A DNA stretch of 64,000 nucleotides from Ostreococcus lucimarinus (lineage: Eukaryota), in NCBI GenBank assembly GCA_000092065.1, contig CP000586.1. One strand, 5' to 3'. The first letter of the stretch is position 1. Every line of letters starts with the position of its first letter. This document shows, piece after piece, positions 11,434-20,665 of this stretch. Made by a program: the position numbers and the translations under genes. Below the pieces are notes generated by a model. It was given only the letters and a program-made list of their open reading frames with translations, searched no databases and was not told where the DNA came from.

Positions 11434-13056
11434 ATGGAACGGCGACGCGCGGTTTCGGGCGGTGAGGACGATTCGGGCGCGGATGGGAGGGTCGGGATGC
11501 ACGAGTTGCCGAGGGACGTGGTGGTGGAAATCGTGGCGAGGTTGGAGAACGAGCGCGACTTGGCGGCGTGCGCGCGGTCGTGCGCGGCGTTTCGAAGCGC
11601 GGCGCGGAGCGAGAGCGTGTGGCGGAAGTTATTGGCGAATAAGCTCGGAGCGGAGGCGAGCGTGGTGCTGCCGAAACGATTGATCGGTGAGATTGTCGAC
11701 GATGACGATTCGTCGGGGCGCGGAGGCGACGCCTCGGCGAAGGGCTACGACGGCAAGACGTCGCGAAGAAGCGTGTCTTCATCGTCGTCGTCGTCGACGA
11801 CGACCGCGGTGAGAGCATCGCCTGCTTGGATGCAGAAGTATAAGAGCTGGCATAGACCCGAATCCGGCGCCCTGCGATGGAGCGCGTCGACGACGGAGTC
11901 GAGCCTGGAACCGGCGGAGACCAAGTACGCGGCAAGGTATTTGCACAGGTGTACTGCCGTGGGCGATCGCTCGAAAATCTTATTCTTTGGCGGCCAAGGG
12001 GGCGGAAGTGACTTCTACAACGATTTACACTTGCTCGATCTCGACGAACCGGAGTTGCGGTTGAAACAACTGCACGTAGGCTCGTCGAACGAGCCTCCTT
12101 TTCCGCGCTGTTCGGGGACGTTGACCGCGATGGCTGTGAACGGCGTGGAAAACTCAGAGGTTGTCGCTCTGTTTGGCGGATCTCAAGGATTTTTTGAAGG
12201 TTTCTCCAATTCTTTGCGCATCTTGTGCGCTGAAGGCGAAGACGGACTACGCGTGAGCGATGCCGCCGCCAACGGCGGGAGCTTGATTTGGCGCGAGCCG
12301 CTCGTTCGCGCAAACCCGACGAATCCCGAGAATGCAGTGCCAGCCGCAAGGTGGGGGCACTCTGCCGTTTCATTAGACGGTAAGCTCATTCTTTTTGGTG
12401 GTTCGAACACGACGCACTGTTTCAACGATACGTGGTTGTTGGAACTCGTTGTCGAGGACGGCAGACTCGTCGCGACGTGGACGTTGTTGCTAGACGGTGT
12501 CCGTTCTCCGGCTCCACCTCCGCGCGCGGGTCAAACCGCGTGTCTCGTCGGTTCTTCGCTGTATATTTTTGGTGGTTGTCACATATCCGAGGTTTTCAAC
12601 GACGTGTGGAAGCTCGATGTGCGCCCAGCAGACGGACGCCTGCGATGGGAGCGGTTCATCGCCGCCGGAGTGCCGCCGGCACCGAGGGTTGGACACGCCG
12701 CGGTCGTCCTGGGCGACCGTATTATTCTTTGCGGTGGAAGAGGTTCGGCGCGAGAGGGTACTATTGGGAAGTATGCCACGGATAACGAAGGCTTGGCGTC
12801 GATGCAAGGCTTGACGTTTTTCCAAAGCGGTTTCGCCATGCTCGACACCACGGCTCGCAAATGGCTTCCGATTCAACACCCAGCGATGGAAAATTCGAAC
12901 GGCAATATGCTGAGCTGTGAACGTATCACGCACGTTCGTGAACATCGCACTGGCCACGTGATGATGCCAGCCCGAAATGGCTGCTTATTGCTCATCGGTG
13001 GACTCGGATATGACGGCGTCTTTCAAAACGACCTCTCGCTCGTCTCTCTATTCTGA
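11434..13056 (+). CDS. F-box / Kelch-repeat protein
   Basis: F-box motif at the N-terminus (LPRDVVVEIVARLENERDLAACARSC), followed by Kelch-type repeats (GG..W.. motifs, FGGSQG, FGGSNT, FGGCH). The track ORF start 10933 overlaps the divergent sigma gene. In-frame ATGs at 11266, 11434 and 11497 were confirmed. I chose 11434 arbitrarily among these; 11266 and 11497 are equally possible. Confidence 0.7.
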   Translation: MERRRAVSGGEDDSGADGRVGMHELPRDVVVEIVARLENERDLAACARSCAAFRSAARSESVWRKLLANKLGAEASVVLPKRLIGEIVDDDDSSGRGGDASAKGYDGKTSRRSVSSSSSSSTTTAVRASPAWMQKYKSWHRPESGALRWSASTTESSLEPAETKYAARYLHRCTAVGDRSKILFFGGQGGGSDFYNDLHLLDLDEPELRLKQLHVGSSNEPPFPRCSGTLTAMAVNGVENSEVVALFGGSQGFFEGFSNSLRILCAEGEDGLRVSDAAANGGSLIWREPLVRANPTNPENAVPAARWGHSAVSLDGKLILFGGSNTTHCFNDTWLLELVVEDGRLVATWTLLLDGVRSPAPPPRAGQTACLVGSSLYIFGGCHISEVFNDVWKLDVRPADGRLRWERFIAAGVPPAPRVGHAAVVLGDRIILCGGRGSAREGTIGKYATDNEGLASMQGLTFFQSGFAMLDTTARKWLPIQHPAMENSNGNMLSCERITHVREHRTGHVMMPARNGCLLLIGGLGYDGVFQNDLSLVSLF

Positions 13057-13194
13057 CGAGACCCACGCGCTCATTATATATGTGCTCGCGATTCAGCGTG
13101 AACACATTTGATGTATTTTTGTTGAACAATAACATTCTACTACAAGTACAAGCTTAGCCATTTGAAATATTCTATGAGTACTGTAAATCAAATA

Positions 13195-14820
13195 TCAGAA
13201 TCCCACTGGCTTTGGCAATCCGCGAGAGACCATGGCGATGGCTTTGTATCTAGACCCCATTCCCGGCGCGACGCCCGATTCCGGATCTCCAGCGCCGTCA
13301 CCCACGAGACGTTCGCATCCTTGCACCAATTCATCCGCTTGTGCCTCGCTCGACGCGTTTTCCACGAGCTTTTCAAGGCGAGGCACCAGGCCTAAACTCA
13401 ACAGCAACTGCTGTTGCGTCACCGGGCCGTAACACTTGACTCCGGACTGCGGTTTTTCCTCGACGATTTGACGCAAAGCTCCGAAGTCAACGTACGCCGA
13501 GAGATCGGCTTCTCCGGGGCTGTCGAGCACGTGCACAAACTTGTGGTCTTTAATCGCTTCGAGCGTGTTCCCGAGCGGCCCCTCTTCGCCGTAATCGATC
13601 GCGAGCACGGCGCCGGAATTCTTCTCGATGCGATCCACCAAGGCGTCCCAGAGCGTCATGCTCGGTGGGCTAAGCTCGATCAGTCGCAAACTATCTGCTT
13701 TTTCTTTCGGTATTCCCTTGAGACGGCGAGACACGAGCATGTGACTCGCCGGTGTCGGCCCAGGAGAGAGAACCATCTCTAAATCGCGTCTCGAGGCGCC
13801 GCTCGATTCCCCGCTAACGTCTTCGCCATCCTCCGCGACTAAACCGCTATCTATCGTGATGAGCTTCTCGCACCATCCTCTTTCGGTGCGTTGGAACTGT
13901 CGCACCGGTAATGCGTCGAAGAACTCGTGACAAATCACCAAAGTCGGCCCTCTCGGCACGCTCTCCAAACCGTCGTGCCAAAACACTTCTGCGTCGTTGA
14001 TTTCAGACTTCCCGCGCGTGTGCGCCTCACCCACCGGAGCGTCGCCCGACGATCCACCAGCGTCACCGGTAGCGTCGGTTTCGTCCTCTAACACGTTCTT
14101 AGGGACGACAAATCTCGCGTTCCCCTCCGCCGCCGTCGTTTCTAACTCCCCGCACCGCAACGTCTTCGCCTGCGTCTTTCGAAGCGCCGGCGACACCTCG
14201 ATCAAGTGCACGCTCACCGCATCGCGAAATTTCGCAAATTTCCTCGTCCCTCGCAGTAAATCCGCCATCAACGTCCCCCTCCCCGGCCCGAACTCCACGA
14301 TTCGAAGCGTATCCGGCGAACCCAGCGCCTCGTATTGCAGCGCCGCCCACACGCCAATCAACTCCCCGAACACCTGCGAAATCTCCGGGCTCGTCACGAA
14401 ATCCCCCTTCTTGCCGAACACGTCCGCGTCGCGCATGTAATACCCATACTCTGGATGCGTCAAGCACTCTCGCACGTACTCACTCACGGGAATCGACCCT
14501 CCCGCGAACTTCATCGCGCGCTCCAGGTGTCCCAACAACCCGCCGCGCGTCCCCTCCTCCCGCGCGTCGCCCGCGCGCGCCCGTCCCTCGAGCGCGCGTC
14601 GCAGGCCCGATCGATCGATCGCGATCTCTCCCCGCCGCCCGTCGTCCTCGCGCGACGGCGTCGTCGCGAGCGCGCGCGCGCGCGCGCGTCCGCCGTCCCC
14701 GTCGTCCCGCGTTCGCGTTCGCGTCGTCGTCGTCGCGCGCGCGCGCGCGTCGATCGCGACGCCGCGCGCGCGTCGTTCGCCGTCGATCGCGCGCGCCGCG
14801 CGCGCGAGCGCGCGCCGCAT
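13195..14820 (-). CDS. NDUFAF7: NDUFAF7/MidA-type protein arginine methyltransferase (DUF185), mitochondrial presequence, 541 aa
   Basis: ATG at 14820 confirmed. Conserved blocks VSEY..HPEYGYY, FVTSPEISQVFGELIG, EFGPGRGTLMAD, ICHEFFDALPV, AIDYGEEGPL. Confidence 0.85.
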   Translation of the reverse strand: MRRALARAARAIDGERRARGVAIDARARATTTTRTRTRDDGDGGRARARALATTPSREDDGRRGEIAIDRSGLRRALEGRARAGDAREEGTRGGLLGHLERAMKFAGGSIPVSEYVRECLTHPEYGYYMRDADVFGKKGDFVTSPEISQVFGELIGVWAALQYEALGSPDTLRIVEFGPGRGTLMADLLRGTRKFAKFRDAVSVHLIEVSPALRKTQAKTLRCGELETTAAEGNARFVVPKNVLEDETDATGDAGGSSGDAPVGEAHTRGKSEINDAEVFWHDGLESVPRGPTLVICHEFFDALPVRQFQRTERGWCEKLITIDSGLVAEDGEDVSGESSGASRRDLEMVLSPGPTPASHMLVSRRLKGIPKEKADSLRLIELSPPSMTLWDALVDRIEKNSGAVLAIDYGEEGPLGNTLEAIKDHKFVHVLDSPGEADLSAYVDFGALRQIVEEKPQSGVKCYGPVTQQQLLLSLGLVPRLEKLVENASSEAQADELVQGCERLVGDGAGDPESGVAPGMGSRYKAIAMVSRGLPKPVGF

Positions 14821-15203
14821 CGCGCCGCGCTCTGCGCGCGCCGTCGCCGCGCGCGCGTGGACGCGCGGCGACGATGGTTGCCCCGAAGACGCACCAAGTA
14901 CGCATTCAATCGTACATCATACCTAATCCGTTTGTCTGTGACATACTAATTGATGTCACTGTAAACGCATACACGATAAACCCGCGTGTGCCGCGGATAA
15001 CAAAGCCCCCCCGCGCGCCGCCTCGCGCCGCACACGCCCGCGCGACGCGCGACGCGCGACGCATCGCGAACGAGCGCGCGACGCGACGGTCGATCGACGA
15101 AACGCGTCTCGACGCGCGCCGACGACTCGCGACGGGCCCGGACGCGCGAGCCGAGCGCGAGGGCGCGGTGAAGACACGAACGGGGGATTGACCGCGCGGC
15201 GGC
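14821..15203. promoter_or_regulatory. Divergent (bidirectional) promoter region between NDUFAF7 (minus) and the PPR gene (plus)
   Basis: A 383-bp, GC/Arg-codon-like spacer between two confirmed divergent ATGs. This is inferred from gene arrangement only. Confidence 0.4.
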
Positions 15204-18152
15204 ATGAGCGCGACGGCGAGCGCGCGCGGCGGCGCGGGATATGCGCGGGATGGACGCGCGAGCGCGCGAACGATGCGAGGGATGCGAGCGCGACGAACGA
15301 CGGGCGTCGGGACGCGCGGCGGTGGACGCGGGACGAGGGAAGAGGGAGGAACGGCGGCGTCGCGCGCGCGAGGGTGCCCCGCGACGACGACGCGGGCGAT
15401 ATCCGAGGACGCGGCGTTCGGCGCGAAGGAGGCGTCGAACGCGAGCGGGAAGATCGCGAAGGGCTATGGACGGTGGTCGACGATGACGCTGGGGGAGCTG
15501 ATCGATCGCGCGGGGGAGCTCGAGGCGAAAGTGGACGGGACGCGCGCGAACGAGTCGGAGTACTTTTACATTTTTCGCGAGTTGGTGCGATGTAAAAGAC
15601 TTCATGATTCGGTGGATTTATTGAAGCACATGAAGGAGCGAGGGGTGAAAGAGCTCGGGCGAAGAGTGTCGCACAGAGACTTCTTCAGCGCGTGTCGTTC
15701 GCTGCGCGTTGTGTCCGTCGGATTTGAGTTCGTGGACGTCATCGAGAGCGGAGACATTCGACCGTACAACATGTTGGTGCACGCATGCGCCACGGCGGGG
15801 GATTTACAAGCGGCGACGCTGGCGATAGAGAAGATGAAAAATGCGGGATTTGAGCCTGATTTACAAGCGTACACCACGCTTCTTGGAGCTTGCTCAAAGT
15901 GTGGGGACGTCGAACGCGCGTTCGAGGTGTACGCCGAACTCAAGAGGGCGGGGTTTGAGCCAAACGAGAAGACGTACGGATCGATGATCGACGCCATCTC
16001 GCGAGACCTTGCGACGTCTCTTAAGGGTTCGAGGAAGAGACGAGTAGACTCCGAACACGTTCGTTCGACTTTACAAAGCTGTTTCATGATTTTTGAGGAG
16101 ATTAAAACCACGAATATGAAGCTGGATAAGATAGTGATGAATAGCTTGCTCACCGTGTGCGCTCGCGCGGCGGTGGTTCCGAGTGTGCGCAAAGAAGCTT
16201 GCGAGAAAGTGGCGATGGTACACGACGAAATGATTGAGCGTGGCTTTGAGCTCGACTCTTACGCGTACCAGGCTCTCATCTGCTGCGCCTTGGCTGAGAA
16301 GAATTACACGAGGGCTTTTGAGTACTTTGACGAGATGCACGACGCCGGTATCAATGGTACCACCGAAGTATACACAGTGATGATCAGAGCGTACGGGAAG
16401 CTTGGTAAAGCTGATAAAGCTAAGCTGATCTGGTACGCCATGTTGGAGGATAACATCATTCCGGATCAAATGAGTTACGCGACGATGATGCGACTCGCCC
16501 TGTTGGACGAGGACGACGATTTCTGCGACGAGCTGATGACGTCCATGAGACGCAATCGCGTCCGCCCAGGGCCTGAGTTGTACTCTACGCTCACTGGTGT
16601 GGCCGCGCGACAAGGCGATGCTTCACAGGTGGAAGAGATCATGCAAAACGCGAAGAAGCGAGGCGTGGTGGCTCCCATCGAATGCTACAACTCGCTCATC
16701 GCCGCGCACGCTCGCGCCGACCGGCCAGATCTCGCCGTCGAGGCTGCGGGCAAGCTCGAAGCGGCTGGGTACGAGCTTGACGCTATTTCATACGAAGGAC
16801 TTATTTTCGCGTACGCTTTCGCGAGAGATGTCGAAGAAGCAAGTAACATGTTTGAGCGTCTCCTCGAGTCTGGTATTCGCCCGACATTCCCGACATTCAA
16901 CTGTCTCGTGGCCGCTCACGCTCGAAGTGGTGATATGGACGAGGCATGCCGCTTGGTAAGTGTTATGAAACAGCATGGATACGTGGAGGATTCGATCACG
17001 TGGCGCGAGCTTCTTTTGGGCAGCGTTCAGTCGGGTGACATTGAAGCCGCATGGAAGATGTACAAAGAGTCCCGCGCGTCTGGAAATGCCGATTCCGAGC
17101 GTGCACTCAACACGATTCTCGGTCAAACTTTAGTGCATATTAGAAGTCTCACGGATATGAAGAACCGATCGAACGGGAAACCGAACGAGTTCGGCTCATT
17201 TGACGACGAAGGGGATTACATTGCCCAGGAATGGACGGAACGTGCGGTCGCGGCTTTCCACGAAGCCACGCTCGCTGGAATCAAACCTCGGGTTGAAACG
17301 TTGTCCACAATGCTCGCTTGCTTACGTCCACCTTCGACGGACGAGCAAAATGCAGCTGAGTACAGCGAAGTTGCCCGAGCCGTGAGTCACGAGACGAGCT
17401 CCCATGAAGACGCCGCCAGGTACTACCCTTCGCAAGCCCTCATCATGTACGAAGAAGCTCAAGGCTTGGGTATTGTACCGAAGTTTAGTCGTGATGATGA
17501 AGACTTTGTCTACGATATCCGAGAGTTCCCACCAGCGGCTGCCGAGGTCATGTTGTTGACGTGGTTGCGTGTCGTTCGCCGGCGCACAGACGCGCATGGA
17601 TTAGACGCTACGATACCGACTATGACTATTCGTGTGAGAGCTGACGAAGAAGTCGTTCGAATGATCAAGGAGCAACACATGGATCGAATTGATCACTCGC
17701 TGGGTCGCTTGTGCAAGACTGGAGAACGGTTGCTGACATTATTGCGCCGCCTCCGTATCAATTACGGTGGTGGCTTGCAGGAGGGCACTATCGAATTGAG
17801 TGGCCACGCGCTCGGTCGATGGCTTCAAGGTTTTGTTCCGGGCGACTTCGGCAATCACACCGGTTCCGTGTTCAGTGAGCATTCACTTTCGGGCGGGGTG
17901 AGAGACCAAGCGATGCGCATCCGCGCCAATTCTTTCGGCAGTAAAGACGACGACGTGTGGACTCCGTCAAAGATGCGTCAAGCCGCATTCAATATCCACG
18001 ATTATTATGGCAATGATGATGACGACCCGTCAGATTTTGGTGCCAGGCCATTCTATCCCAAGAACTGGGTATCACAGAGTTACGTGTCGAGCTATGATGA
18101 GGACGATGACGACGCCACAGATCTCGAGCGCATCTTAGGAAGTCGCAAGTAA
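15204..18152 (+). CDS. Pentatricopeptide-repeat (PPR) protein, probably an organellar RNA-binding factor, 982 aa
   Basis: ATG at 15204 confirmed. Multiple 35-aa PPR repeats (YNMLVHACATAGDLQAATLAIEKMKNAGFEPDLQAYTTLLGACSK.., TYGSMIDA.., YQALICC.., YTVMIRAYGK..). The C-terminal 300 aa are non-PPR. Confidence 0.8.
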   Translation: MSATASARGGAGYARDGRASARTMRGMRARRTTGVGTRGGGRGTREEGGTAASRARGCPATTTRAISEDAAFGAKEASNASGKIAKGYGRWSTMTLGELIDRAGELEAKVDGTRANESEYFYIFRELVRCKRLHDSVDLLKHMKERGVKELGRRVSHRDFFSACRSLRVVSVGFEFVDVIESGDIRPYNMLVHACATAGDLQAATLAIEKMKNAGFEPDLQAYTTLLGACSKCGDVERAFEVYAELKRAGFEPNEKTYGSMIDAISRDLATSLKGSRKRRVDSEHVRSTLQSCFMIFEEIKTTNMKLDKIVMNSLLTVCARAAVVPSVRKEACEKVAMVHDEMIERGFELDSYAYQALICCALAEKNYTRAFEYFDEMHDAGINGTTEVYTVMIRAYGKLGKADKAKLIWYAMLEDNIIPDQMSYATMMRLALLDEDDDFCDELMTSMRRNRVRPGPELYSTLTGVAARQGDASQVEEIMQNAKKRGVVAPIECYNSLIAAHARADRPDLAVEAAGKLEAAGYELDAISYEGLIFAYAFARDVEEASNMFERLLESGIRPTFPTFNCLVAAHARSGDMDEACRLVSVMKQHGYVEDSITWRELLLGSVQSGDIEAAWKMYKESRASGNADSERALNTILGQTLVHIRSLTDMKNRSNGKPNEFGSFDDEGDYIAQEWTERAVAAFHEATLAGIKPRVETLSTMLACLRPPSTDEQNAAEYSEVARAVSHETSSHEDAARYYPSQALIMYEEAQGLGIVPKFSRDDEDFVYDIREFPPAAAEVMLLTWLRVVRRRTDAHGLDATIPTMTIRVRADEEVVRMIKEQHMDRIDHSLGRLCKTGERLLTLLRRLRINYGGGLQEGTIELSGHALGRWLQGFVPGDFGNHTGSVFSEHSLSGGVRDQAMRIRANSFGSKDDDVWTPSKMRQAAFNIHDYYGNDDDDPSDFGARPFYPKNWVSQSYVSSYDEDDDDATDLERILGSRK

Positions 18153-18243
18153 CGTACGCACGCGCGCGCAGAAGTACGTAGATTATTTTTTTAGGAATTC
18201 ATTGCAATCGCAACACAAAAACAATCCGCAATCGCAATCATTC

Positions 18244-18930
18244 TCACCACCCTAACTCAAGTCTCGCCTCGAATCCACCTTCCCGCGCGACGACTCCGCG
18301 AAAGCGCGAGGTTCTGCGCTCTGTGTTTTGCGACGCTTCCACCAACATCTCCGCAATTTCTTCGATAGAAAGTTCTTCGAGCATCTGCAAATCGTCCGTA
18401 TAGTGCGTTACCGGGAAGTTAAGTTCTTCGTCGTCCCTACATCCCAGGGAAATGCGTCCCAGATCGTAAGCTCTCGCTGCCGAGTGCGAATTGTCGAAGC
18501 TGCCAAGGAAGACGTTTTTTACTGGTCCGTCGGACACATGAGTGGACACATGAGCATCATAACGCGTATTCCACAGCGATCTACTGACACCTTTGTACGT
18601 AACCAGTGTAGATTCATCTGCACCGGTCACGCTAGATCTCTTAAGTTCCACTGGCAACGAGAAAGAGCGGCGTACTTGTCTGGATCCGGGAGCGCTTTGG
18701 CTCAAGGAACTCAGCATCAAAGAAACCAACGAACGGTGATTTTCTCCATCATTTTGTGACGCAGCAAAATGTCCCTGATCACCTTCGGCCGCGTTACGAG
18801 GCGCGAGAGCGCTGACATCTGCCGTGAAAGCGCGCCGCACGGACGTGGCGTGTTGCCTTGAGTCGTGCCCAGATTCGGCTGAATCTGCTCCTTCCTCTTT
18901 GGATAACAATCGAGATCGTCGCGATGGCAT
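18244..18930 (-). CDS. AP2/ERF-domain transcription factor, 228 aa
   Basis: ATG at 18930 confirmed. One complete AP2 repeat (YKGVSRSLWNTRYDAHV..VFLGSFDNSHSAARAYDLG..NFP). A second repeat begins (SRFRGVVAREGGFEARLE) but runs into the stop codon. Confidence 0.75.
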   Translation of the reverse strand: MPSRRSRLLSKEEGADSAESGHDSRQHATSVRRAFTADVSALAPRNAAEGDQGHFAASQNDGENHRSLVSLMLSSLSQSAPGSRQVRRSFSLPVELKRSSVTGADESTLVTYKGVSRSLWNTRYDAHVSTHVSDGPVKNVFLGSFDNSHSAARAYDLGRISLGCRDDEELNFPVTHYTDDLQMLEELSIEEIAEMLVEASQNTERRTSRFRGVVAREGGFEARLELGW

Positions 18931-19098
18931 TAATCGGCACGCAGTCTCGCAATTTAAGAGTTTTGCCGAACGAGTCTCGCTTTGACGCTACCTTGGACGC
19001 GTGTTGTCTGTCACATGCAGCACGGTCGTGTGAAAATCAATTTGCTGTTAACAAAGAACCTCTAATTCTATACGGTGGTTGACGCCGGTGCTGAACGC

Positions 19099-20490
19099 TC
19101 ACGCATCGAAACCGTTGGTCCATATTTCGGCTTTGACTTGTTCCTTGCAAGCCTTTGCGAGAGCTTTAATGAACTTGGCGTGCAACTTGTGGCCAGCTTT
19201 GTAAGCGATGACGTGCCCGACCGGAACGCCGCTCATCCCGGGCTCGGCGAGCAGAGACAAATCACCAATCAAATCGAGAATCTTATGACGCGCCGGCTCG
19301 TTATTCACACGAAGAGGTGCGTTCCAGTACTGATCCCCGTTTGCGATGAGAGCACAATCTTCTAGACCTGCTCTAATATAGCCAGCGCGGTAGTACGCAG
19401 TGAAATCGTTCATAGTCCCAAACATTCTGGCCGGCGAGACGTGGAAAACATAAGGCGCGTCCTCAGTCGGCGTCCAGCTTTCCCACTGTTTACCGATGGC
19501 GGTAGTTTTGTACGAGAGATCGATACCGTACGTGAGCTTACTCACGTCGTCGACGTTGAACATCATAAAAGCGTCGCCTTCTTGCACCATGACGTTTTCA
19601 GTGATTTTCCAAGCCATACGCGGAACTTCGCCACCATCCACGGCGCGAGCCGGAGTGAGTCCCACGCAGCAAATATCGTACGCGTACGAAGATGCGCTCC
19701 CGTCCATAATGGGAACCTCGCCAGTGCCCTCAAGTTCGATGCGGCAGTTGTCGATTCCCATCGCCTCGAGCGCGCTCAACAAGTGTTCAGCCCCACGGAC
19801 TACGAAATCACCATTTAACTCCGAGCTCAAGCGCACATCTTCGTTTGCTAGCTCATAGCTCGCTCGCACTCGCGTTTCGTTCGCGTCGTATGATCCAGCG
19901 GCTTCGATCTCCGCCGCCAACGCCGTCCTCGCATTCGCCGCCAGCTCTCGCGTCTTTTCCTTTTCCTCCTCGTTGTTACTCAAAGCCATCCGCACGCGTT
20001 CGAGCAACATATCTTCAGCCTCCTCATCGCTGTAATCGATCGTATCCCGTAGCTCCTCATCGCTCGCGTTGATCGTACCGCTCGGCACCTTCACAAAGTA
20101 TCGCCCCTCTCCCGCCTTCGCCGGGCGCACTCGCATCAGCTCAACCTCACCGCTTCGCAACCCTGTGCCGGCGTACGTCACGCTTCTTCTAATCGTTTGT
20201 TGATATTCAGCGTTCGCGGGCACGCGCACGTTGAGTTCAGCCGCCGCCAACGCCGCGCTACGAACTTCGTCCCGGGACTGGAAATTCACGTACCCCTCGG
20301 TACCGCTCGACGACCCCGTCGCCTGCGCGCTCGCCCGAACGACGCGTCCGATGCGCTGCTGCGCGCCTTCACGCGCGCATCGCTGCCCCGCGGCGCTCAC
20401 CGAGGCGGTTCCCGCGCGCGCGCGGCGCGGCGTTCGCGCGGCCGAGGCGGCGGCGGCGCCCGTTCGCGCGGGCGTCAGCGTCGCGCGCAT
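19099..20490 (-). CDS. LPXC: UDP-3-O-acyl-N-acetylglucosamine deacetylase (LpxC) homolog with organellar presequence
   Basis: Collinear with E. coli LpxC (TGLRSGEVELMRVRPA.., VRGAEHLLSALEAMGIDNCRIELEGTGEVPIMDGSA, C-terminal HKILDLIGDL..AYKAGHKLHAKF). The track start 20634 is TTG. The first ATG is at 20490 (MRATLTPARTGAAAASAARTPRRARAG, transit-peptide-like). Confidence 0.85.
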   Translation of the reverse strand: MRATLTPARTGAAAASAARTPRRARAGTASVSAAGQRCAREGAQQRIGRVVRASAQATGSSSGTEGYVNFQSRDEVRSAALAAAELNVRVPANAEYQQTIRRSVTYAGTGLRSGEVELMRVRPAKAGEGRYFVKVPSGTINASDEELRDTIDYSDEEAEDMLLERVRMALSNNEEEKEKTRELAANARTALAAEIEAAGSYDANETRVRASYELANEDVRLSSELNGDFVVRGAEHLLSALEAMGIDNCRIELEGTGEVPIMDGSASSYAYDICCVGLTPARAVDGGEVPRMAWKITENVMVQEGDAFMMFNVDDVSKLTYGIDLSYKTTAIGKQWESWTPTEDAPYVFHVSPARMFGTMNDFTAYYRAGYIRAGLEDCALIANGDQYWNAPLRVNNEPARHKILDLIGDLSLLAEPGMSGVPVGHVIAYKAGHKLHAKFIKALAKACKEQVKAEIWTNGFDA

Positions 20491-20665
20491 CGTCGCCGGC
20501 GGCGTCTGGCGCCGAAACGTGGCGTCGGAGAAAGTTTTCTTTCGCCGCGCGCGTCGGGACGCGCGAGAGAGACGCGTGCGGTGCGCGCGCGTGTGCGGCC
20601 CCGAAGGCGGGCCCGTGAGGGTTACAGTCTTCAACTGTAGTTCGCGCGCGTTACAATTCTAATCG

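Noticed and set aside
18153-18243. Possible intron continuing the AP2 gene past its stop (the stop context tggTGAGA resembles a donor)
   Set aside because: The only downstream AG acceptors give an immediate stop or run into the convergent PPR coding sequence 91 bp away. There is no room for the ~180 nt needed to complete a second AP2 repeat.
8648-20634. Possible bacterial operon or bacterial contamination, because sigma-70, LpxC, MnmG/GidA, L13 and a CPBP protease all look bacterial
   Set aside because: Each carries a eukaryotic-style Arg/Ala-rich presequence. They are interspersed with unmistakably eukaryotic genes (CCT4, UBC9, formin, SMC4, RPS12), lie on both strands with eukaryotic spacing, and at least L13 is spliced. 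These are nucleus-encoded organellar proteins.
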